A stretch of DNA of 64,000 bases from Podarcis vaucheri (taxonomy: Eukaryota). Location: NCBI GenBank assembly GCA_965113315.1, contig OZ220376.1; one strand, given 5' to 3'. Below are positions 54,246 through 64,000 of this stretch, one piece after another. How positions within the stretch are numbered: position 1 is the stretch's first letter; each line of letters begins with the position of its first letter. The translations under genes and the position numbers were made by a program. A model generated the notes under the pieces. It was given only the letters and a program-made list of their open reading frames with translations, had not been told where the DNA came from and did not search any database.

Positions 54246-54641
54246 AAGAAGGCTGATCACCGAAGAATTGATGCTTTTGAATTATGGTGCTGGGGGAGAC
54301 TCTTGAGAGTCCCACGGACTGCAAGAAGATCAAACTTATCAATTATTAAGGAAATCAGCCCTGAGTGCTCACTGGAAGGACAGATCGTGAAGCTGAGGCT
54401 CCAGTACTTTGGCCACCTCATGAAAAGAGAAGACTCCCTGGAAAAGACCCTGAAGCTGGGAAAGATGGAGGGCACAAGGAGAAGGGGACGACAGAGGACA
54501 AGATGGTTGGACAGTGTTCTCGAAGTTACCAACATGAGTCTGATGAAACTGTGGGAGGCAGTGGAAGACAGGAGTGCCTGGCGTGCTCTGGTCCCTGGGG
54601 TCACGAAGAGTCGGACACGACTAAATGACTAAACAACAACA
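54246..54641 (+). mobile_element. RTE-BovB LINE 3' fragment
   Basis: Encodes ...RRIDAFELWCWGRLLRVPRTARRSNLSIIKEISPECSLEGQIVKLRLQYFGHLMKREDSLEKTLKLGKMEG...; (CAA)n tail; TSD ACCTC(C/G)CCCTTA at 54234-54245 and 54642-54653. Confidence 0.92.
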
Positions 54642-55512
54642 ACCTCGCCCTTATTTCTTTGATGTTTATCTGATGTTAACTCTCAATCTACCCCAGCTCC
54701 ACTACAATCTCTGAAGACCTTCTGCTCCCTCAAACTGTTGCTCCTTGTCTCTGAACCTTTCTTCCCAAGACCTCGTCATGTTACCAAAAGGAGCTACAGG
54801 GCTATGCATGTTATTGCCCCACTCTCCAAGTTGCATGGATCCTCCTGGCCTTTCTCGTACTGACATATATTTTCTGAAGTGAGGAGCCTTTTCTATCCAT
54901 ATGAGCTATTCAGTGGAGGCCGGTTCATTTGAGCAAGTGGCGCACTGCCCCACCAACATCAGTCTGACCCCAGCCTCCTCACTACTTTTTTTCTTCCAAC
55001 TAGTCTAGAGAGTGGCGCCGCTGTTACCTTCCTTTTCCTTAGTCTCAGCGCTGCCATTATACAACTCAGTAAGGAAGAAGATGGGAACAAAGCTAGAATC
55101 AATTGGCTCTGCATCTCATTGGCTCTGGCTATTGGAGCCTTCCCCAACCTGCACTCAGGTTCTTATTATTGGCTTCCCACTGGGAGAACCGGATGCTGGA
55201 CCAGATAGGCCTTTGGTCTGACCCAGCAGGGTGATTCTTACGTTCTTATTGTGTGAAATACATGCTTGATTTGGGCTGCCCTCATTGGCAGCCAATGTTA
55301 CTGGGCCATCCCAAGTTCCAGTGTTATGAAAGAGAGAGGAAAATGTCTCTGTCCACTTTCTCCTTGCACCATACGTAATTATATACACAGAACTAGAAGC
55401 AAGAGCTCCCCCTCTGTTGAAACAAGGATATGCAGAATTACTAGTGATGGTGCCGAAATGTCACTTCCACTCCTTACTCTGAAATGCACACATGCATGCC
55501 TGCAATTCATAC

Positions 55513-55586
55513 CTTGTGGTAATTTCCTGCCATGCTCTTCATCCCACATAAGAATCCATTGACTGCTCTCTCCTTCTAGTAAAGCT
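55513..55586 (-). CDS. SYNM: Synemin exon 3 (end of IF rod, start of tail)
   Basis: (R)ALLEGESSQWILMWDEEHGRKLPQ. Acceptor tattacag, donor gtatga; 74 nt; completes the TYR-ALLEGE intermediate-filament helix termination motif. Confidence 0.93.
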
Positions 55587-58500
55587 CTGTAATACACAAA
55601 AGCAAGTATTAGAAGAGTACAGGGGTTGGCATTTCATATGGACCATGGTACAGTACAGACATGTCACATTCCTGATCTTCTAATCATTCTAAGGAGACCA
55701 GAAGAGTTCTGTGACTCCTACCTCCTCCTTTTCGCTCCTCTTTTGCACACAAACCTGCCCAGAGCCGATTCTGTTTATGCCGTTGCAATATATTCTTCTG
55801 AAAGCTAGAACTAAGACCTGTAAGAATGTGGAAATTCTTGAACAGCTGACTTTAAACATAGAGTTCATTTAAGCTGCCACTTTAATACTCTGCTGGAATA
55901 CACTTTTGGTTTCAACTCTGCTAAATGTTTCGAACAGATAACAAGATGACCACTTCAACTCTGTAAATGGCTCATCTGGAAGAGTGTGATAGCTAAAAAT
56001 TCTAGCTCCTAGATAGCATTTTGTAATTCTTTTTTAAAAAAGAACCACCCAAAAACATTGTGCAACAACATCAATAGCCATCCCAGTAAGTCAAATTATT
56101 TTTCCTTCTAGGTTACATAAAGAGGTAACATAGCTACCAAACTTCACGAACTTGTAATCAATTTAATAGCTAGTTAAATGGAAGGGAGTGGAGGGGTCAA
56201 GCACAGTTAAGTGGGTAAATTGCAGATGGATAGTTGTGGTTATGCTGAAATTGACGTATCTGGCGAGGTATCAAGAAAGAAGTTAAAGGATAAATAAGAT
56301 TATATATCTAGTTGCTGGAAACAGTTTACAGTCTTGTGGAATGCATGCTTCAATCAAACTGTTTATTTGATTATGCTTGACATTTTAAGATACAGGAAGA
56401 AGTTAAATGGATGTAACTGTATGTTTGAATATAACTATGAAACAGTTGTGTGAAATTACATACTTGTTATGGAATATTTTCCTTTTAGAAAGAAATTTAA
56501 TAAAAATGTATTAACACATACTCACTGTGAAATAGTTAACAATGATGACATTTAATACCATGAACTTTAGATTTGGAGTTAAAACCACTTACTGTGACGG
56601 AAAGCAGGGAATTCATTCAGCACACTGAACATTCTACCAAGGAGTCCTTGTCATCACAAAGTGATCTCTAAAAACATGAGGACTAGATATTTGACTAGCT
56701 TTTTCAATTAAAAACTATCAGCCTAATGAAGAACCACACGTATGAACCATTCACTGCTGGTTTTACAATCCCAAGTAAGACAACAGCTAGAAAAGTCAGA
56801 GAATGGAGATCCTCTCACACTAGCACTTGCTGCCACGGCAAGGATGGGCTGGCATATGTGAAGGAGCATCTTTTGCCCCCCCCCCCCATAAAATATTTGA
56901 GGGTTCTGGGGGTCCCCAAAGTTGATGGGCATTGCCATTTAAATGGTGTGCGTGCATGCACCAAGTCACGTGATTGATTACATGGGGAGGGGCTCACCTG
57001 GGCCCCTCAATATTTTATTCAAATTGGCACCCCTAGGGAGGGCTATAGGTCAATAGTAAAGAATCTGCTTTGGATGCAATAGATCCCAGTTTCAATCCCT
57101 AGCCTGGTCAGGTGGGGCTGGGAATGTCCCCTGCCAATTAATATAGACCTAGGTGAACCAAAGGTCTGATTCAGTCTGATCTGGCTTCCTATGTTTAAAA
57201 ATACAAAAGGGAGGCCTGGTAGTAGTTTCCAATTATTGCCATCATCATCTATCTTAGGGATAAGCACATTTCCAAACTGAATTTTGCACATTTTGCAAAC
57301 CTTTTGCTCTGTGGCTTTTTGCAGTGAATAGTCTATAACATATTGTTCTCCCAGGATGCAGAAATGCCAAATTAAAGTCCCTCCCGTAGACTACAAGAAA
57401 TACACACAGTCCTCCAGGAAGGATTAAATTATCTCTTCCAGCCCCTTGCAGGATGAAGTTCCCTGAAAGTGTTAACTGTGATGATGGAAATTCGGAATGC
57501 GGGAAGTTTGAGTAAGGATTTTTGGCCGCTGATAAAACAACAGTTTGCTCGGTTGCTGGAGCAACGAATGAAGTCACTAAAAATAAGTTCCAAGCAATGC
57601 ACTGTATATGGCAAAGGGCAGCAGCAGCACACAGCAGTCAGCTGGAACCCAGAGCAGTGCTGCTGAAAACAAGCTGTGCATCACAATACAAGCAAAGCCT
57701 ACTTAGAAGACCTTTTAAAAAAGGAGAAGGGGGGAAAGATGGGACAGTGGCTCATTCTTTCTAAATTTTGCTGTCATCTTTTTCTTATGCAGTCACCATT
57801 GGTTACAAACATACCCAGAATTGGGGGGTGGGGGGTGGAATGCCAAGTAAACCAGCTGCAGAGAGGCAGGTTGTGAAGTAATTCCTTCAATCATGGGCAG
57901 AACTTACAAGAGCTAGTGTGGCATAGTGGTTAGACTGTTGGACTAGCGTCTGAGAGAAGAGACCAGGGTTCAAATCCCCACTCTGTGTGAATGTGAGCCA
58001 GTCTCTCTCTCCCTCCCAGCCTAACCTGCCTTACAGGCCTGTTGTGTGGATTAAATGAGGCAGGGGAGAGAGACTGGCTCACACAGTCTCTCAGCATTGC
58101 CAGGTAAAGCTTGGATGAAAGCCCTGCCTTAAATAGTGGAGAGCCACAGCTATTCAGCATAGGACCCAGTGGTCTGACTTAATGAAAGGCAACTTCCATT
58201 GTTCCTATGACGCTGCACTGAATTTAAAAAGAGAAAAATGAAATTAGTCCTGTTGCTCCTCACTCCAAGATTTTATTAAAAAAAAAAAAAAAGCTTTTAA
58301 AAATACTGGTTTTAGGGTTCTTACTTTTGGTAAAACATGGAAGGATTTTATTTTGGCTTCCAAGGAACCAGAGGCTCCTTCATACGGATTTATAAAATTT
58401 TCATCTGTGTTCACAGAGCTGGTGATGGATACCAGCAGAGGGAGGGAAGGAAGAAAACTGAAAGTGATCTATTACTGCTAAAAAAAACCCCACATGAGCA

Positions 58501-59440
58501 GGGCTGGCATCCTACTAGAAGATAAATTCAACTTCTGGAAAATTCTCTCTCATTAGAAAGGGCAGAAAAACTTCACACAAAATCCAGCATTCCAAAACTG
58601 ATTGGAAATACCAATCCTGACTGAAAACCTCATTATTTCATGTTCTTGTGACTTTTATTTTATTTTTTAAACCAAATAACATTATGTATAAAACAGGTGG
58701 GCATGTGGACAGCCTTTTAATCAATCCTGGGCAGAAATAGTTGAAATTGTATAGTATTTAACAGATTCATTTTCCTGTCTCACCTGGAGCGTCTTGTCCA
58801 AAAGCAAAGTCCATGACTGCTTGGGTTAGAACCCACAACATAAAATTGACTTGTTATTTCCAATCCACCATCTTCTTTTTCCCACTCCATCTTAAAGATC
58901 GTGACCAGATGCAGGCTCCATGGCTTCAACATCAAAGAACACACACACACCCTGCTGCCGACACCAAGTGTTCTATTTACTATCTAGCCCAATTAAGATT
59001 TCCAGAGAATTATACCAAGTCAATCCAAATAGACTGAATATGCTGAAATCTCTGCCTTATCTGGAGTAAGTTTGTTCCTACACTGCTCCTGAACTGGTTT
59101 GTCATCTCTAGTGATGTTAAATTCTCAAGAATAATCTTTCGGAGAATATTCTTGAGAATATTCTCTGGAGAACGTTCTCACCTCACATCACTAGTCATCT
59201 CCAAGTTAAGTATGTGTGTGCAAGCACACCCTACAGCAACAGATTTTACTACTCATCAACATTTTTTTGTTTTGCTTGTCTCTAAATTTCTCAGATGTTC
59301 CATTCAAGCAGAGACATTCAAACTTGCCCCAACTTTTTGCTTTATGTGAAATGAGGTTGAAACTGAACATGTCCACTGCAGCATAAGAGGAATTTCAAGT
59401 GTCTCTTAAGAGCACCATTGGTCACTTTTATGATCCTTAC

Positions 59441-59565
59441 CTGTAAGTTTCAATTTCAAGGCTGAGACCAGCTTTCACCTGCAAGAGTTCATGGTAGTCC
59501 TTTAGGTACTCTGCGATAGACATGGTTAGGAAATGCTTTTCTTCTTCCAAGGCTTCAATGATCAC
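59441..59565 (-). CDS. SYNM: Synemin exon 2 (coil 2B; not in ORF track)
   Basis: VIIEALEEEKHFLTMSIAEYLKDYHELLQVKAGLSLEIETY(R). Acceptor cgctttag, donor gtaagg; 125 nt. Confidence 0.95.
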
Positions 59566-61707
59566 CTAAAGCGAAACATGGATATAAATTGTTAACTTGA
59601 GTGAGCTCACGGGTCAGCTAACTAAAACCCTGGCAATGGCACAATTTCAGAGACTAAAAAACTAATAGGAAAAGATGGGTGGGGATTTTGTCTTAGTTAA
59701 GAGATCCAGGGAAGGTGATTTCCCCCTTGAAATCTCTCCCAAAGAGTTCCACCAACACAGAAACACTTGTTTTCTGGAGGCAACGTTGAGTGAAGTTGGG
59801 TCATTTGTCATCACAACATTTAGGACATACTGCTGTGACTATTTCTGGATCTTCTCTATCTTTTACTTTTAATAATGTTTCTGGGCACTATTGCAATGGA
59901 TTCCCTATACAAACTCCACTATGCTTCTATTAGTATAATATTATCATCATTTATTTATTAATTGCCTTCTAAATCACATTCTCAAGGCAATTTACATAGG
60001 AGGCAGTTAAAAAACACAAAAACAACAAATACTTTGAAAATAAGACAAGCCTAACAAGTGGACAATTGTGGTAAGGAGCCATTTGGTTCCTTTCCAAGAT
60101 GGCGGTGCGTTCATACGCTGTGGCTCTGAGCTCCCAATACCTCACCTACTCACGCACAGTCGCCCTGAGCCCAGTCTTGGCTGGGGAGGGTGGGGTATAA
60201 ATAAATAAAAATTATTATTATTATTATTATTATCATTTATCCAGCTGGGAAAGCCTATGGTCTCCAGTTGTTTCTAGAAGGTGTAGCAAGGAGGCACCTG
60301 TTGTATATTGACAGGAACAGGGGCAGCCACAGTAAAAGCCCTGCTCTGAGTTCCATCACATGACCTGACAACCTGTCATAGAATCATAGAATTGTGGCTA
60401 CTGCTGAGTAGGCTTCTGAGATCTTGCAGGTGCAGCTCTCCCACAGACCACAGTGGTCTACTGGGAACATATAAGGAGTAAGGCAGTTTCTCAGGTAACC
60501 TGATCCAGAGCAGTATAGGGACTTCTGTGTTAGGATTGACTTAGCCTGCTAGCAGATTGGCAGTCTATCCTGCAAAGCAAGAGGGAAAATAGTAGCTTTG
60601 CAAGCCATGGCTTATGCCAACTATGGTTTGGCTGACATACAAAATTGGGGAAACAAATGGGAAAGCAGCGACAGGAAGAAAAAGGGAGAAGAGCTTCAGG
60701 TGCACAGGTAAAAAAGATGGTTAGGTTCAACACATTTTGGAATAAATCCTTCTTCTGCAGCTATTTGAAAAACAGTTCTCAACCGAATTTGCAAACTGCT
60801 CAGATCGACCTGAGAAGCGTTATTCAAGTACTGCTCCCGAAGAAGGAATTGATTCAAAAGGCTTTGGATTGGATCCCCCAGTCAGTTTACTTAATTAATT
60901 CTATAGTCACTCAGAAGTAACACACACACACAGCTTAGTGAAGGGGAAACACTTGTCTCCTGCTGCTTGGCTAGATGGGAATTAATGCACTAATTCATTG
61001 TGATAGATCTGTGTTAAAATGCTAATTTTACAAGATGCAGTACCCATCTCCTTTGAAACACTACTGAACAGATCTGGGAACCAGGCCTAACATAGTAATT
61101 GCCCAGTTGACTCCAGGTAGAAAACAGTGCAGAATTAAAGATACAACATTTTGTGTGTTAGATTGGAAGTTTGGAAGAGAAAATTAGAAGTGGAAGGTGT
61201 GAGAGAGGCTGTGAGTTGGTGCCTTTGAGAGTGCAGGACCTTTCTCTAGGCGGTTCTCTGTGATTGCTCATCTAAAGGAAACTAAATGCCAGGCTGTCCC
61301 GTCCCTGGAATGTCACTCTGTACAGGGAATACTGGGTGGGGAGGAAGCATGTAACAGTGTTAATATAAATAGTTCCTAGGTTATTTTTGAGCAGGCAGTT
61401 TCCCATTTGTCTGAAAGATAACCCTGCAAGTTCCATTAGGTTGAAAGGTGCTCATGGCTCAGTGGTAAAGCTCAGGTTCAATCCCTGGCACCTCCAGGTA
61501 AAGTGTCTTAAACAGCGGGTTCTGGAAAGAACCCCAGCTGATGTGAGCAGATGCCAGGCAAAATAAACAACAGTGGCCCCTACACATTCAATGCAGGATC
61601 ATACCACTTTAAATAGCCATGGTTCCCCCAAAGAATCCTGGGTACTGTAGTTTGTTAAGAGTTCTGAGAACTGTTAGGAGACCCCTAATAGCATCCTTAA
61701 CAAACTA

Positions 61708-61930
61708 CAGTGGTACTTCGGGTTACATACATAGGTTACAGACTCTGCTAACCCAGAAACAGTGCTTCAGGTTAAGAACTTTGCTTCATGATGAAAACAG
61801 AAATCGTGCTCCGGCGGCACGGCGGCAGCAGGAGGCCCCATTAGCTAAAGTGGTGCTTCAGGTTAAGAACAGTTTCAGGTTAAGTACGGACCTCCGGAAC
61901 GAATTAAGTACTTAACCCGAGATACCACTG
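61708..61930 (-). mobile_element. Tc1/mariner-type MITE, inverted relative to the 14464-14705 copy, nested in an older repeat
   Basis: TIRs CAGTGGTACTTCGG / CCGAGATACCACTG, TA TSD; long stretches are the reverse complement of 14464-14705. Confidence 0.85.
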
Positions 61931-63752
61931 TATAGATCCCAGGACTATTTGGGGAAAGCCAGGACTTTGGGGGAATCTTCCCCCCAACAAACCACAATCA
62001 GTATCAGAGAATAAACTTTAGTTCCTGCTCATGGTTTGTTTAGCAAGAAGCAAACCATGAGCTTGGGTTCAGATTAGCCAGACCATGCCTTCTTTCCTTG
62101 CAGCAGCAGGAGCAAGAGAGGAATGAAGCACCTGCAACTTGATCAATATGCACTGGCACACTACACACTTAAATTAAGCCATAGTTTGTATTAACTATGG
62201 TTTATTGTGACATTGAAACCAGGCCTGAGCGTTAATCAGGAATAGTCAACATGGTGCTCTCTAGCTGTTTTGGATTCCAGCTCCCATCAACCCTACCTAG
62301 CATGGCCAATGGCCAAGGATGATGGGAGCTGGAGCCTAACAACCCATAGAAACCACCACGTTGGCTACCCCTGGTGTTAACCATGGTTAACCATTATGCT
62401 TAACCACTGAGCTACTGTCACATTTTACATACTGAAAGTTTGGTTGTGTAACAATTTGCAACCTCAGCAGATGGCACACACAAGTGGCATTTTGAAAATC
62501 CAGGCACACAAAATCCTGCCCCTTCACAATATACAATATCCCCATAATCTCCAATGGCCCTGCTCACAATGCAGCTGTTAATGAGATAAGCACAGACAAC
62601 AGAAATCTACCAGCGTGCAAATAAAACGGCTGTTCGGGAACAAAAGAAATGGTTACCGACAGGAAACAGAGGAAAAGATATGCGGGCTGGATGAATGGCT
62701 TTCGTTAACTTTCACAGTGTACTATGGTTACATTAACTGTTCTAACTCCACCAAAACAAAACAAAAACCCACTTATTTCAAGACTTTTTTACACCCTCGA
62801 CAAAGTGGGTTACTCAGAAGTGGCACCAGAACAAAGACTGCTTAAGGACATAAGAAGAGCCTGTTGGATCAGCGCCCCTGGAAAAGTCCCGCCTGCCCAT
62901 GAAGCATTCCTTCATGAAGCACATGGTTCAACTGAAATTTGCTATCACAAGATGGCCGCCAATTCAGATATCTTTAAAAGCGCAGTGAGACGAATCCATG
63001 GAGGATAAAAGCTACGTGCTGCCTCTGATATCAGATGCACTCTGCCTTTGAATGCCAGCTACTGGGAAGCAGCAGTCCCTCCCTGGTAACTTTCTAGAGG
63101 AAAATGGTTGGTCATTGCAGAAAAAAAGATGGCGGACTAAGTAGGCATTTGCTCGAATTCAACATGCTCTTTTCACGCCTTTGGAAATTATTATTTTACT
63201 TTTATTGAATTACATACACCTTAAAGGATGCAAAGGACAATATCAAGTGGTATCATCAAAATCAGAAAAACAGCACTGAAAGAGGGGGATGAAGGAAATT
63301 GCCAGGTCAAGGGGCAAACAAAATCACCACACAGGAACAGTGTAAACAGAAGAGTTTACAGTACAGCTGGATGAGGGGGAGACCAGGGAGTAATAAAGAC
63401 AACAAGGGGAAATTACATGCCTTTCCAAATAAATTCATATTTGGCCTGAACCAAAGATCTGAGATTTGAATTTTATCATGCCATTGTCTCAAAGACTTTC
63501 AAGCCACCTAAAGTGCAATACATTTAAATGGGTGTCAGGTCACATTCAGCAGTTTGCACATGTAAAGAAATCAAGAGAAGTGCAGGTATGAACTCGAGGT
63601 GCAGCAGCAAACAACCACCATAGCTATTAAGCTCCCCACAAGGTGGCTGCAATTGTGGCTTTGTAGAGAGATAGTACCACACAAGCATTATCACCACACC
63701 CAGCTGCCCTACATTTCCATACAGTGGTGGAGGTGTCATAACACCCATCTCA

Positions 63753-63778
63753 CTGCTGCTGCTGCTGCTGCTGCTGCT
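63753..63778. repeat. (CTG)n microsatellite
   Basis: Direct reading. Confidence 0.9.
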
Positions 63779-64000
63779 TTGGCTAGTGTTAGCGTTGGAC
63801 CTTCAGAGTTAACCTCCTGACTCCAAGATGGCCACACATAAACTTGTACTCATAATGGCTTTGTTTGCCAGGAGTAATGTGAAGAACCTAAGAAAAGCCT
63901 GAAGGATCAAGGCCAATGGTACGTTGATTCCAGGTGCCTGTGAGAAACCCGCAAGCAGGACTCAAGCACAAGGCCCCTTTTCCCTCCTGCGGTTTCAACC

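Noticed and set aside
54257-54632. Three overlapping ORFs of 87-115 aa
   Set aside because: All derive from the BovB fragment, not host genes.
60094-63835. Several YY1-like AAGATGGC motifs in SYNM intron 1
   Set aside because: Short motif, partly within repeat-derived sequence; no independent support.

Overview
Eukaryotic (vertebrate) genomic DNA, very likely a squamate reptile and probably a lacertid lizard (inferred from Sauria/Squam-type SINEs, RTE-BovB and CR1 fragments). It covers the SYNM-(TTC23)-LRRC28 block that is syntenic with human 15q26.3. On the minus strand are the 5' half of LRRC28 (putative non-coding exon 1 and coding exons 2-6, 33-~29700) and the 3' part of synemin (SYNM exons 2-4, 49234-59565; exon 1 lies beyond the window). 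A CpG-island promoter sits at ~29.2-30.1 kb. The main discovery lies in the ~18 kb between this promoter and the SYNM 3' end, where mammals carry TTC23 head-to-head with LRRC28. No intact gene was found there, but one clearly recognisable decayed TTC23 exon remains (36241-36390: dead acceptor, two in-frame stops), along with weaker colinear relics. This suggests TTC23 is a unitary pseudogene while the shared promoter keeps an RFX X-box. The SYNM exon also keeps the internal acceptor used by mammalian short isoforms, but has ATGAGT instead of a GT donor at the beta/M splice position. Most ORFs in the supplied track are spurious intronic ORFs. Comparisons with human proteins and exon sizes are from memory and need alignment confirmation.
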